In this document: positions 40,139 through 55,200 of the stretch, one piece after another
Position numbering within the stretch: position 1 is the stretch's first letter
How the letters are laid out: every line of letters begins with the position of its first letter
NCBI GenBank assembly: GCA_951406725.2
Contig: OX597823.1
Span: 115,630,001-115,694,000 of the forward strand
DNA: 64,000 bases
Direction: 5' to 3'
Source of the DNA: Octopus vulgaris
Lineage: Eukaryota
Translations under genes and position numbers: made by a program
Notes under the pieces: generated by a model
What the model saw: only the letters and a program-made list of their open reading frames with translations
What the model was told of the DNA's origin: nothing
The model's database searches: none

Positions 40139-40425
40139 TACATATATACAATGGACTTCTTTCAGTTTCTGTCTACCAAATTCACTCACAAAACTTTGGT
40201 CAGGCCAAGACTATAGAAGACGCTTGCCTGCTTTCTCTTCAGCCATAAACAGTTGCTAACCTTTACACAAGATATATCTGCCTCACATTATATTACTGCT
40301 CACACATATTATTATACCATTGTTGTACACACAAACATTCTAACTTCTCTCACAGAAAAATCCAACAAAAACCAACCAGCTGACTAGTAACAATTCAATA
40401 CTGCTCTCTCTAACACATACACATA

Positions 40426-40587
40426 GGCGCAGGAGTGGCTGTGTGGTAAGTAGCTTGCTAACCAACCACATGGTTCCGGGTTCAGTCCCACTGTGTGGCA
40501 TCTTGGGCAAGTGTCTTCTGCTATAGCCCCAGGCCGACCAATGCCTTGTGAGTGGATTTGGTAGACGGAAACTGAAAGAAGCCTGTC

Positions 40588-40635
<48 letters not shown>

Positions 40636-40830
40636 ATATGTTTGTGTCCCGCCAACATTGCTTGACAAACGATGTTGGTGTGTTTACGTCCCCGTAACTT
40701 AGCAGTTCGGCAAAAGAGACCGATAGAATAAGTACTGGGCTTACAAAGAATAAGTCCCGGGTTCGATTTGCTCGACTAAAAGGCGGTGCTCCAGCATGGC
40801 CGCAGTCAAATGACTGAAACGAGTAGAAGA
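40426..40830 (+). mobile_element. SINE family A
   Basis: Full-length copy GGCGCAGGAGTGGCTG...GACTGAAACGAGTAG. Confidence 0.85.
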
Positions 40831-41359
40831 GTATACGTTGCACTGTCTCTTGTATTACTACTATAACTGTTCCTGTTTCCAGATCAAGCAAACTGTATAT
40901 CCATATACCCACATGATGCACTTCACTCAATCTCCTCTTCGTCTTTGCTATGTCCTTTAGATTCTTTACCGTTTTCTTTATCTCTACAACTACAACAATC
41001 TGGAAATCCTTCATAGCTCATCTTTTCTTTATTTCCACCAACCTCAAGTATTTTGCAAACATAGCTTCCTTAGCGACATAGGTTTCCATCCGAGCTGGTC
41101 ACTGGGTTGACTGCTTCTCTTTTCATTGGTGATGGTGACAGGGCTGAGTGACTGTGTGAGTTGGGTGGAATGAAAACTGGGAAATGTTTTTGTTTGACGC
41201 ACCATTTTTGTCAACAATTTTCTTACTGAACTATGTTTGTCATTGACTGATAGACACATACCATGTGTGTGTGTGTGTGTGTGCATGTGCATGTGCATTT
41301 ATATACGTACATATACATAATATATATATGCACATCTCTATATACACATGTATGTTTAC

Positions 41360-41392
41360 CTCTATCTATCTATCTATCTTTCTATCTATCTA

Positions 41393-41437
<45 letters not shown>

Positions 41438-41500
41438 TATTTATATACATATATATAATCTATCTATCTATCTATCTATCTGTTTGTCCATCCATCCATC

Positions 41501-41556
<56 letters not shown>

Positions 41557-41593
41557 CTCTATCTGTCTGTTTGTCTATCTATCTATCAATTTA

Positions 41594-41624
<31 letters not shown>

Positions 41625-41687
41625 TTATCTGTCTGTCTGTTTATTTGTTTAATCTCTCTCCCTTTTTCTCTCTCTCTCTCTCTCTCT
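41360..41687. repeat. (TCTA)n/(CT)n microsatellite
   Basis: Direct reading. Confidence 0.9.
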
Positions 41688-41910
41688 GAGCATTTTAGTT
41701 CTTATTTCTAGCAATGTAGGTATTTCTACCACCGTAGTCACATTCAACGACAATTATAGTTTTCGTTTTTGGTAAAACACTGCAAACTGCTGTCTATATC
41801 GATTTTCTGTTTACACATTAGCGATTCGCTAAACCATCCATAGATTTCTCAAATAAAAACATATATACTGATAGAGAATTACGTCTGGAATCTGCTGAAG
41901 TTGAGCCAAT

Positions 41911-41960
41911 CCTTACTGATGAGGCAATGGAATTACCAAAACTGAGACTTGAGTACAAGG
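41911..41960 (+). ncRNA. Degenerate type I hammerhead ribozyme motif
   Basis: CCTTA-CTGATGA-GGCAAT(GGA)ATTACC-AAAAC-TGAGACTTGA-GTA-CAAGG. G12 is replaced by A (CpG-decay pattern); stem I CCTT/AAGG; GUA triplet. Confidence 0.7.
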
Positions 41961-42030
41961 AATTCTCAAATGCTGTTTTCAGTTGATTATAGTCCCTAGT
42001 ATACAATTATGCGCTTTGGCTACAGCATTA

Positions 42031-42574
<544 letters not shown>

Positions 42575-42700
42575 TTAGAAATTAGAGCCTTTTAGCTCTT
42601 ATTTCTAGTAATGTAGGTGTTTCTAACACCCAAGTCACATTTAGTGACAATTGTAGTTTTCCTTTTTCATAAAACATTGCAAACTGCTGTCTATATTAAT

Positions 42701-42737
<37 letters not shown>

Positions 42738-42850
42738 TGATAGCCATGATGTGCTCTTATGGTTTTCTCTCTTGGTAAATATCGCAGTATTTGTGTGTTC
42801 TAGCACGACATCCGCTTTTAAGTGGTGAATATTTTATCTTATATATATAT

Positions 42851-43610
42851 ATTGGGTCATCCCATAAATAATGTGGTCTTTTTGTACTTCTTTTATTTTT
42901 CAAAATTAAAGATAAAAAAAGTTATTTTTTAACCTAGAATATACTCACGGGCACAGGAGTGGCTGTGTGGTAAGTAGCTTGTTTACCAACCACATCGTTC
43001 CGGGTTCAGTCCCACTGCGTGGCACCTTGGGCGAGTGTCTCCTACTATAGCCTCGGGCCGACCAAAGCCTTGTGAGTGGATTTGGTAGACGGAAACTGAA
43101 AGAAGCCCGTCGTATATATGTATATATATGCGTGTGTGTGTTTGTGTGTCTGTGTTTGTCCCCCTAGCATTGCTTGACAACCGATGCTGGTGTGTTTATG
43201 TCCCCGTTACTTAGCGGTTCGGCAAAAGAGACTGATAGAATAAGTACTGGGCTTACAAAACTATAAGTCCCGGGGTCGAGTTGCTTGATTAAAAACAGTG
43301 CTCCAGCATGGCCGCAGTCAAATGACTGAAACAAGTAAAAGAGTAAAAGAGAGCCTCCTTCATTTTCTACAATGCTCTTCCATCTTTCTGGTAGACTTGC
43401 AAGGTCCTTCTTCCAAAATTCACTTGTCCATGATGAAAACTATTTCTCCAGTACTGTTCTGACCTCATCTACAGAATTCAGATATTTTCTATCCAAATGA
43501 TTTTGAAGACTGCAGAATAAATGATAATCAGATGGGGCAATGTCCAGTGAATATGGTGGGTAGGGCATCGTTTCCCATTCAAACTGCTTCAGCCTTTGGA
43601 ATATCATCTA
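42851..43610 (-). mobile_element. Mariner 3' fragment (C-terminal transposase + TIR) split by a SINE
   Basis: 43355-43590 minus translates to WETMPYPPYSLDIAPSDYHLFCSLQNHL...LPERWKSIVENEG (YSPDLAPSD motif). It continues beyond the SINE at ~42945 to a TA-flanked end ATTGGGTCATCCCATAAATAATG at ~42851. Confidence 0.85.
42950..43352 (+). mobile_element. SINE family A inserted in mariner
   Basis: Full-length copy. Confidence 0.85.
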
Positions 43611-46139
43611 CACTAGAGGAGATGTCCTCTCGGGGTTAAAAAAAATCACAGTAAAGTCTGTTTGAATGGACATCTATCTTGAAGTGGTTACAGACATTAC
43701 TTTTTCAATAATTGATTTTGTTGGAGTTATTTTCTTTGCTTGTAGGTTTAGATGTAGAGTTTAAACAGCCACAGAGGGAGTTTTCTTTTACTTATTACAT
43801 GGATAATCACTGTTAATCAAGATTTGCTGATGCACTACATGAAATGTATAAGAGCTGAGAGCTTTTATTGCATCAGTGCGGATAATGCCAAATATTTTAT
43901 TCCTTGATTAATTCTAATTGTTTTCTCTGCCTTTGATCTTTTATAAAAATTGTTTCTTTGCTGCTCACTATTATTAATTTCATTCTCATTTGTTCATTTA
44001 TTCAATCAATTTAAATGTCTGTGCAAAGCTGGTAAGCCATGATAGACTGATGAAGTTATATAAAAAACAGAATATACATAAAGAAAAACAAAACAAACAA
44101 AAATGGAAAGAAGATGGGAGAAAGAAATACAGAGCAGTTAGATGTTACTGTGGTTAAGTTGTTTTGTAGCCTCCGTGTATTGGAAGAACTTATTTTTGGT
44201 AGGTGGATCTATGGAAAAAAATTGTTCCCCCAATTTCAGTCTTTTTTTTTTAAGACCATTTTTAAAATACCCATTCTCTCAGACTGGTAAATTTTGGATT
44301 TGAACAAATAATGTCTTAAGTTTTCTGAATAGTTTCAACAAGAGCACGAATTTGATTCTATACAATCTATTTCTGATAGAATACAGCCCAAAGGACTATG
44401 GTCTGTTTAAAACCAACGCAAACTTTGTTTGTTAACCTTGCTTAGTGTCTGATATGCTTTATAAGTTGATAGATCCGGCTGGGATTACTGGGGATTAAGA
44501 TTCAGTAGTTTATCCCTTGATTTTTCCTAATATTTTTTTCTTTCCTCGATTTACTTTGCTTTCATTGAATGAGTGAAGATCTACTGTATATCAAAAGAAA
44601 TGTTTCAAAAATTTGTAACTACTGAAATTTATCATACTAAATTAATATCCTGCATTATCCAAACCATTCCATAGCAATATTCATATTTTTTTACATTTTC
44701 TCCATAACAAACATGGTTTAAATAGTTCTGTAAATATGATGTCATCAAATCTTGAAGTAGATGCATTATGTGCATCTCTTTCCTCGCATCAACCACTTAA
44801 GCACATGTTGCAAGAAATGCATTCTTATCAGCTACATATAAAACATGAAGTAGCTACATGCCTTGCTTTAAGGCACAAATACAATTCAGTTTTGCTGACA
44901 TCATTTGAACCTGTGAGTCAGTAGCCTGCCATAACGAACCTTAATCCTTTTCTTTTGCTTCAATAAAAAGACAAAAAAAAGGTAGATGATGATTTATTTA
45001 CAGAATAAAGAAGCCTGGATTTTGTTAGTCAGAGATTGACTCAGTCAGCATGCTACCATCTCTGTTATATTTGCCTTCTTTTAACTTGCTGCTGCTAGGA
45101 AAATCTTTACTGCAATCAGTAAATAGTTTATTTTCCTGTAAACAGTTGTTAGATAGTGAAATCACCTTTTTATTACAGTGCTGAGAGATTTTCCTATTAT
45201 TCAATGTTATCTGAAAGTCAGTTGAACAATCTAACACCATAATCTAGATATATTGATTCATCTGAGCTGCTGTGTTGTGTTTTCTTTTTCCTTTCATTTC
45301 ATCCACCAGAATGAATCCTCGTTGGTCTTTTCTAATCCTTTTACCAACAAGATTCCAAGCCAGTTGAGCGATCAAGTGAAGATTGGTGAATAGAATTTGA
45401 ATTAATTTACAGTTATTGGGGGGTAGGAAGGGGATTTAAGTGTCAAATAAACAAATAAAGTAGAATGCAATATTTTCTTTAACATGAACTATTGATTTTT
45501 TGTTTAGACTGCATGGTGCTTTTTTTAATGAATGCATGGGTAAATTTGTCATGGAATTTAGTAAAATATGTAAATAAATTGAGGAATAACCACCTAAGAT
45601 ATTAACTTGATAAATGTGGTTACTTGAGATTATTTTGTGTGTGGAAAAAATATACCTGGTGTTTATTTTAGGGTCACTTCATAGTGTAACCTCTATTTTG
45701 AGTTACAGCAGGATGAGGTATGCTGGAAATTGCTAGAAGTTTAGAGTGTGCTGCATTCAAATCATATTCTGACATAAATTGGCTGCATTAGTTTTCTTGT
45801 TTATTGAATTTTAACACACGCATACATACATACATACACACACACACTCACATACACACAACTACACACACACATGTCTACACATGATAGATAATTCTCA
45901 TTGTTAACCATTGAATGTGTCTGTTTTATCCTAGCTCTTAATTCTAAAACTAATCTAGATTTCTTGATTATATTGTAAAATATTTATTTCAAGCCATTTG
46001 CATCAGTTTAGAATAAATATATGTAAATTTGAGAGAAAAAATACGTTTTTAATTTGATATTAATAGTTGGTGCTGATATATTTTTGTATTCCAACTCAAA
46101 TGCATTTCTTCCTCTATGATGTTTAACTACAGTTAAATG

Positions 46140-48090
46140 TCTTGTGGGGAAATAGAAAGGCTAGCCATTGAAGTTAAAGGCTATAACTTCAAAAGTGGGA
46201 TTAAGGATATGGAGGCAAGGAAAGCTGCTGGTTCATCAAGATTAGTGGCTGAAGCACTGAAAATATCTTGTGGGGTAGATCATGTGTTAGTCACCTGCTT
46301 AGGCAATCAGGTTGTACAAGAGTGTGTCCTTACATAATGATTTGTCCTTGTAGCAGTTGATGAGAACTCTGCTAAACGTGGGTGATACATTAGAGAGAGT
46401 AAATTACAGCAGCATCAATTTTTGGACCTGGTTATGAAGGTTATGGAAAGAGTTATAGCACAACAGGTGAGAAAGAGTATGGAATGCATATTGATGCCAT
46501 TTTCCTGCCAAGACAAACTGCAGAAGTACTTAGCTTAGAGTAAGCTGCTCAACCTAGCATTTTTGAATTGGAAAAGGCTTTGAAAGGGTCCTGTACTCTG
46601 TAGTCTGGTGATCGGTAAAGGTATTAGGGGTAGATAAGTGGCTTGTAAATTCTTTGCAAATCATGTACAAAGATGTCGTCAGCAATGTGAGTGTTGGCAA
46701 CGAATTCAGAAAGGAATCTATTGTACAGGCTGGTGTACATCAGACCTTAGATCCCATCCCTACTTCTGTTCATCATCGACCTCAAGGCTATAACAGAGAA
46801 GTTTAAGATCAACTGTCCATGGAAACTTCCGTATGCTGAAGTTTAATCTATAGAAGATTTAGAGAAGAAATTCCAAACAGGAAAGTAAAACTTAGAATCA
46901 GGGAAGCTCAAAGTTAAATTTCACAAGAAAAGAAAAAGACAAGACTCCACTTCCATTAAGGAAGTAACCATGTTTGAAATGCCGGAAAAGAAGTCGGTAG
47001 GAATTTGATATGGTGTGCCCAATGTAAACTATAGATGCAAGGAATGTGGGATGAAAGGGAGGCTGACAGAGAAAGTAAATTTTGGATTTGGTAAATAAAT
47101 GGGTGCAGTCAATAATAAGAATACACAAAAAGTACATTTTTGTATGCTTACCAAAGTAATCTAATTAGCAATGGATGTGGATATTCCAAAAGAGTAGTTA
47201 GAGTAAGAAGTGGATATAAAATGTCGAGAGAGCCATTACCTCTGCTGGTAAAGAAGTGTTTCTCTCTCAGAGTAAAAGACAGGTTGTATGATGCTTGTAT
47301 ACAAGTGCAATGCATTATGGTCAAAAGACATGTGCATTACCATTGTGCACCTGCTGGGCGTTTATGGATGGTAGAACACAAATGAACTGAGAGAAGAGCT
47401 GGATATAAGAGGAATAAGGTATAATATTGCAGAAAAAAATGACTGCTGGTACATGTCATGTTAAGGCAGCGAGCTGGCAAAATCGTTAGCATGCCGGGCG
47501 AAATGCTTAGCGGTATTTTGTCTGCTGCTACGTTCTGAGTTCAAATTCCGCCAAGGCCAACTTTGCCTTTCATCCTTTCATGGTTGATTAAATAAGTACC
47601 AGTTACGTACTGGGTCGATATGATTGACTTAATCCATTTGTCTGTCCTTGTTTGTTCTCTCTGTGTTTAGCCCATTGTGGGCAGTAAAGAAATAGGTATT
47701 TCGTCCGTCTTTATGTTCTGAGTTCAAATTCCGCCGAGGTCAATTTTACCTTTCATCCTTTCGGTGTTGATTAAATAAGTACCAGTTACGCACTGGGATC
47801 GATGTAATCGACTTCATCTGTTTGTCCTCTCTGTGTTTAGCCCCTTGTGGATAGTAAAGAAATAGGTACATGTCAATGGTATAAAAAGTGCTGAGTGCTC
47901 CAAATGGTTGGAAACACTGCAAGCGAGAAATCTAACAAGGAATCGCACAAAGAGGTGAGCATAAGTCTCAACAAACAGAACTTCTTGAGCAACAAGACAA
48001 AGAATTATGAAATGTGGTGAGATGTGGTGCTAAGGAATACCTTTCCGCCTATACAGGCGTGGCAAAATGGACCTTAAATAGTTGTGATCA
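46140..48090 (+). mobile_element. Degenerate RTE-clade LINE RT and 3' region, interrupted by a SINE
   Basis: Broken motifs KAAGSSRLVAE, VMERVI, AF..LEKA, GVHQ and PWKLPYA; 3' part VKDRLYDAC. SINE at 47462-47866. Confidence 0.75.
47462..47866 (+). mobile_element. SINE family B with tandem duplication of its 3' two-thirds
   Basis: Full unit 47462-47695, then a repeat starting GGTATTTCGTC at ~47695-47866. Confidence 0.8.
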
Positions 48091-49770
48091 TGAGATTTGA
48101 ATCCATTTAATAAATAAGATAAATGCGCCTTTTTAAAACCTAGCCAGGCTCATGGGCCCGGTTCCCGGTTTCTGTGGCATATGTGTTCCCCAGCTGGACA
48201 GGACGCCAGTCCATTGCAGCGTTACTCATTTTTGCCAGCTGAGTGGACTGGAGCAACATGAAATGAAATGTTTTGCTCAAGAATACAACGCATTGCCCGG
48301 TCCAGGAATCAAAACCACAATCTTACGATCATGGTGCTGACACCCTAACCACTAAGCCACTCTTTGAATCCATTTACATCCATTGAAATCATGCTGCTTG
48401 TCTAATGAGAGATGATATTTGACCTGCCTATGTTCAGTCTTATAAATCAACTTTCTTTATTTGTAGGTGGGGTGGCGAGCTGGCAGAATTTGTAGTATTT
48501 TTTGTAATACTGTATGTTTTGAGTTCAAATCCTTCCTATGTCGTCTTTACCTTTCATCTTTACGGGCTTGATAAAATGAAGTACCAGTCTTGTACTTGGG
48601 CCAATGGTATTAACTAGTGAGCTGGCAGAAACGTTAGCACGCCGGGCAAAATGCTTAGCAGTATTTTGTCTGCCGTTATGTTCTGAGTTCAAATTCCGCC
48701 GAGGTCGACTTTGCCTTCTTCGGGGTCGATTAAATAAGTACCAGTTACGCACTGGGGTTGATGTAATCGACTTAATCCGTTTGTTTATCCTTGTTTATCC
48801 TCTCTGTGTTTATCCCCTTGTGGGTAGTAAAGAAATAGGTATTATCTAGCCCTTTCTCCTTATAACTTGCTGGCTTTGTACCAAAATCAGAAACCATTGT
48901 TACCCAACACTCTCCCACTATTCCTCTCTCCTTGTCACTCATACTGACTCCTACCACTCTCTTAACATCACTCTTTCGTTCTTACCATCACAAATCATTA
49001 TAGTCCCCTTGCTCACATTAATCTCTCCTTACTTCACTGTCCCTGTACCTCCCTGTTTCTTTCCAGTCGCTCTTTCCTTCCTTTTCTCCTCTATCAACCT
49101 ACCTTCTTTCTCTCAATCTCTCTTCTCTCCATCACACCACTCACACAGTTTTTTATTCACTATACTTGTCAGGGTAGTCTATTACTGTCTCTTTTGCTGT
49201 CTATTACTGTCTCTTTTCCACTACCCTCTCCTCTACCACCCTCTTACACCTGTTATTTTGACCCCTCTCTCTCTCTCTCTTTTTTCTATTACCCTCTCTC
49301 CCTGGTTCTTGTACCTTCACCATTCTTTTCGGTTCACTCTCTTGGGTCATGTGGCTTTGAGTAAATGGTGACAATGTAGAATAAAGAGGACACTAAGAAC
49401 TGTCTAGTGCTGATGTCATATGCACTTTTGACAAGTTGTGGTGCACCTGAGCACTGTATACAATAATGTCATTATTATTTATTTTATTATAAAACATATA
49501 CAGTCATTATAATTTAGCATCTGTCTTCCATCCAGGCATGGGTTAGATGGCTTCAGGTTCCACAGTCTGCTTTGGCTTGGTGTCTACAGCTGGATTCCCT
49601 TCCTAATGTTAACCACTTAGCAGAGTGTCCTAGGTATTTTTTACATGGTACTATCACCAGCGCTTTTTATGTGGCACCTTGGTTTTAGGACATCAGTTCT
49701 GTTGTGCTAGGCAGGTCTTCTTGAGTATAGTAATGTGCCACATATCTTGGTCCTCTGTCATCTCTTTCAT

Positions 49771-50120
49771 AAGGCTCAGCATTCTGAGATTGGCCTTCAT
49801 CATAAGGCTCAGCATTTTGAGATCAGCTTTCATCATAAGGCTCAGCATTTTGAGATCAGCTTTCATCATAAGGCTCAGCATTTTGAGATCAGCTTTCATC
49901 ATAAGGCTCAGCATTTTGAGATCAGCTTTCATCATAAGGCTCAACATTTTGAGATCAGCTTTCATCATAAGGCTCAACATTTTGAGATCAGCTTTCATCA
50001 TAAGGCTCAGCATTTTGAGATCAGCTTTCATCATAAGGCTCAACATTTTGAGATCAGCTTTCATCATAAGGCTCAACATTTTGAGATCAGCCTTCATTAT
50101 AAGGCTCAGCATTTTGAGAT
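49771..50120. repeat. 33-bp minisatellite, ~10.6 copies, derived from an RTE 3' end
   Basis: Unit AAGGCTCAGCATTTTGAGATCAGCTTTCATCAT. The flank translates on minus to the RTE-like C-terminus KEMTEDQDMWHITILKKT. Confidence 0.92.
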
Positions 50121-52223
50121 TGACAGTGCTTTCTGTAAAATGGTCAGTGTCAGAAAAGAAATCCAGCCATAGAGAATAGATCAAAAATTGAAGATATGAA
50201 CAAGACGTCTCAGCCCCATCTTGGGGAGACAGTGTAACTCAAAATAAGAACAGACATTTGTTTTTTGCTAGCAAATAAAACAGATATAAAATTATGCTGA
50301 ATGCAAAATAATTAAAACCAGAAGTCTTGTCTTTTGTTATGTGATTGTGATGATATTAACTCATCTCAGTATTTTTTGTTTTCTGTTAGCTCGTAAATCT
50401 TTTCACAACTTATCTGAAAACTTATGTGAATTTTAGGTATAATCCCTGGCTTTTATATTATATTAGATTTGACTTTTTTCTCCTAAAATATCATTAATTT
50501 TTTATTAGACAGTTAGGTATGGCTGTGTGGTTAAGAAGCTCCCTTGGAATCACATGATTTCTGGTTCAGTCCCTTGTGTGGGCCTTGGGTAAGAATTTTC
50601 TATAGCCCTGAGCTCACCAATGATTGTTAGCGAATTTGGTAGATGGAAACTGTGCTGAAGCCTGCCATGTGTGTGTGTATGTGTGTTTGTGCTTATCCCA
50701 TTTGGTAGACGGAGACTATGTGGAAGCCTGTTGTGTGTGTGTGCATGTGTGTGCCTCTGTGTGTGTTTGTCCCACTCCCCACTGCTTGACAACCAGTGTT
50801 TATTATTTCACACCCCTGTAACTTAGCAGTCCAGTAAAAGTGATCAATAGAGTACCAGACTTTAATATAAGTACTAGGGGTACTTTGTTTGACTAAAATC
50901 TTCTGGGCAGTGCCCCAGTATGGCCACACACAGTCCAATGATTGAAACAAGGAAAATGCAAAAAAAAAAATGTCTCTTTGTGGAAAGCTATGGTATAAGA
51001 TTTCTAATTTTGAGAGGAATAAATAAGTATGTTTAAAATTCACGCTGCTCAGCTTGGAGTTAGGTTATCTGATGCTGTTTATTGGACAGGAAACTCTTGT
51101 ATTGATTTCAATTGATGCGAGAGGTAGATCGTTTGCCAGAATCAAAGTAACTCGATGGATTATGTTATGAATTAGGACTGCGTACAGAGAGTTGGGTCAT
51201 CAAAGGGAATTATGGAGAATATCATGAATAACTGATTCTTGTAATTCATATATGTATAAAATATAATAATTTAATTATATCAATGGATATAATAAAGACT
51301 TTTGATATGAATTCTATACGTCAGTACTTCCAAAACAGCCTGGAGAAGCATTCAGGAATTAGAAACATTTTCGCAACCATCATCATCATCATCATCAAGA
51401 TCACAACCATCATTGTCATCATCATCATTATTATCATCATTCTTTTCATTATCATCATTTCATCAAGTTAGTATGGCTTGTGAAAAACAGTTTGAAGTTG
51501 AATTCCAAATTTCCAGAAAATATCAACACATTCTGATTCTATAACTCTAGATCATCATCATCATCGTTTAATGTCTGTTTTCCATGGTTGGACAGTTCGA
51601 CCGGGGTCTGGGAAGCCAAGAGGCTGCACCAGGCTCCAGTCTGATCTGGCAGTGTTTCTACAGTTGGATGCCCTTCCTAACGCCAACCACTCTGTGAGTG
51701 TAGTGGGTGCTTTTTACGTGCCACTGGCAAGGCTGGCAACGGCCATGATCGGTTGGTGCTTTTTATGTGCCACCGGCACGGAAGCCAGTCAAGGCGGCAC
51801 TGGCATTGGCCACGTTCGGATGGTGCTTATTACGTGATACCGGCACAGGGATCACAACTACAATTTCCATTGATTTTGATGTTGATGTACTTGACTCAAC
51901 AGGTCTCCTCAAGCACAGAGTCGAAACGGTGTTTCTTTAGATTTAGTAGATGAGTTAAATTTGTAGTACTCTTGAAGATTACTTTCAGGGATTACTGTTG
52001 GTTATTGTCAAGAATTTATCTGGAAAGTATTGAGCTAATTCACTGTCACCATTGGTTACTCAGTATTAAAGTCACATTTCATTACATTCAGATATGCCGT
52101 GACTCCAATTAAACAACAGGTGGAACCCATAAAAGTATTGCTTGATTTGTGTGTTTATATTCTTTGGGTAACCTGTAACTTCTGACTGACACATTCCATC
52201 TAAATTCTGTCTCAGTTTGTGTC

Positions 52224-52254
<31 letters not shown>

Positions 52255-55200
52255 ACAAATAAATAAGTCTGAATGATGTTTCCATTAAGCAGAACTATAA
52301 TAAATCTAGTGGGAAGCCAAGTGATTTGCTGATGTGATTAAGGCTTTAAGCTGGATGCCTCTGATTATCTCTTTCTCTTCAAATTTAGGAATTATTTTTG
52401 AAAAATATTTACAAAATTTAATGCAAATTTTCTGTTATCTTCATGTAATTATTGTTAGAATTTGAGATTGACAAAAGCTGTGCATGGGCAATGTGATATT
52501 TCAGCTTCATTGGCAAAGAGAATTGGCATGCATTGTTGAAGAAATAGCGATGGTTTTCTCTGCATGAACAGATAATTTTCCAAGCAATTGCAGAGCTACA
52601 AATTTGAACTGTTAACTCAGCATTAATTGTTAAAATCTGAATCTTCAGGTGAATGCTTTGAGAAATGAAGCACTCAAATCACACTAATACAGGACATAAA
52701 ATATTGAAGTTTATAAATTTCTGAAGCATTAATTTATATCAGAAAGTGTCTTTTAATTTTAAAGATGATTAACCAAGTTGAATGCATATAATTATGTTAT
52801 ACTTAACAATGACATTGCTTACTGAGATCGCTTGAGGCTTGTTAATATTTAAATAGCTTAAGGTACAAATTAATATATTGTTGTAAATAATTCAATAATT
52901 TCAAGATAGAATACTTATAATGTTTTGTTTTACTTGACAATTTTTAAAGCAGAATGTTTTGAAGGAAAATATTATGAATAACAGATTTTTCCTTTTAGAG
53001 AATAGACACTTGAATATTTGAAACTATTGAGAATAAATACAACTCAGTTTTTAGTTGATTAAATTTCTTAGATTGATATTAAGATAGACCATTATATTGA
53101 GATGTTATATAGGGACTCTAGAGGTGATTAAAATTTTATGTTTAGAAAACTGTTTTATTATAAAATGAATCTTAAAAACAAAAGTTGAAATGTAAGAAAA
53201 GATTTCGACAATGTAATTATCTGTAAATTTTGGCTTCTTTGCGGGCAGAAGTATTAGAAAATTGAATATATAGTCTTGTTTTTCTAACTTAGTTCAAAAT
53301 ATTTCATGTTCTCTATGAATAATATTGGAAATATGTGAATGCCAAGTTTTTACTATTATATTTTCTTTAAATTTGAAATTTTATGGATAATAAGAAAATC
53401 ATTGTGAAACTAATATTTGACTTTTATTCTATAACAAATATCCAAGCACCAAATATGTTGACGTGTAAGGTGTACTTTTTCTGTTCTTAAGTGTAACCAA
53501 ATTATGGATGGAATACTGATTACATGAGTGTGTAATGGAATATTAAATTTGTTTCTCACTACAAAATATACTTTTTTTTCCCACAAAATGGTAGAGGCTT
53601 ATCTTATGCAAAAGTGAATTTTATACACAAGCAGATATGGTATCTCAAATCTTAGAGTCGAAATTTGTCCTCTTCTTTTTAATATCAATTTTTCTATGCT
53701 CGGATGGATCAGAGGAGACTGCATTGAGGCAGATTTTCTATAGCTGGATGCTTTTCCCGACGCCAACTGCCACCTTTTTCTAGAGGTAGAAGCGTCTGTT
53801 TACATCCTCCAAACACACATGTAAACGCAATGGGAAATACAAACTCACATAAACACTCACAGTGACATACTCACATGCAAACATGCATTTGCATGTGGTG
53901 TGTGTGTGATAGGCTTTTTTTCAGTTTCTATCTAACAAATCCACTCACAAGATTTCAGTTATCCTGGGGTTAAAGTAGCAGACACTTGCTCAAAGTGCCG
54001 TCCAATGGAACTGAACCTGTGAACATGCAGCCAGGAAAGGAATTTCCTTACCACATTCGTTAAATTATGAAATTGATACTAGGAAGAATTCTAGCTTTAG
54101 CTTGCTTGCTAATTGCTACATGTGACCACCCTCCCCAGGTTAGATGTTTGCTACATGCATGGCCATCTCCTCCCTGACTTAGTATTTACCACATGTGTAA
54201 CCACCCCCTCTGTTTGGGCTGTTTTTACAGCAGATTAGATCAACGAGAGTTAACATTTTTTTTTTTGCAAAAGATACCATTTTTATTTTTTGCCAAAGTC
54301 TCTACATAAATTTAGTTGCAAGATTCTCATAGATTGTTCCAGTGGAATCCTGCTGCCAACATTATTTTTCATATAATGTAATAAAAAATTAGGGTAAAAG
54401 ACATATTACATTGATAGAATCCAGATTTTTGAACCTTCATCCAATAAGGCAACGCTATTGTCTCTTGGAATCTCTCAACTAGAAAAAGATTATCCAGATT
54501 TTTGTAATGATATGAACTCTAACACTTGAGCCACACCAACATAATTGCTTGCATGTAATTTATCATTGAATTAGATATGAATCTCTCAGTATTGGTTGAA
54601 CTAGATGCTGAAACTGTGCCAGGGTGTTTGTGCGTGCGTGTGAGTGTGTGTGTGTCTGTTTTTTTTTTTTTCTGTAACAATAGAGAACTAATTTCTATTT
54701 CTGGGCATAGCTAAAAGCAACTTGTAAATTATTTTGATTGGCATGAATGAAATAAAAAACAAACAAAATAACAGCAATATGAAGTATCTGTTGCGTATAA
54801 TCCCACCACATTTACATACATACATACATACTTACATACATACATATATATATATATATATCCACCTTAATCAGAGCAGTTCGTAGGGTGGGTGTGATTT
54901 TTATTAATAAAAATACAAGCAGACATTGTGAATTATAGGTATCTTGGGACGCTGTTGCTGACTACGTGATTAGTGCTGGAGTTCTTATCTGCTAATAACA
55001 AGTGACAAGCTCACGGAAATAAAGAAATCAACATACAGAGATAGCATCTATTGTCTTTCTATCAACCTTTTTATAACTTGAGCAAACAGTTTTTATGATA
55101 CCTTCCAACATCAATGGACATTCATGCACAAGCACAAATTATCTCATCAACAGACTGCATGCACTTGATTGTATTAGATACACGAACATTACTGTTGTCT

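Noticed and set aside
49679-50184. Repeat-protein ORFs in three frames
   Set aside because: A 33-bp minisatellite derived from a LINE end, with no gene context.
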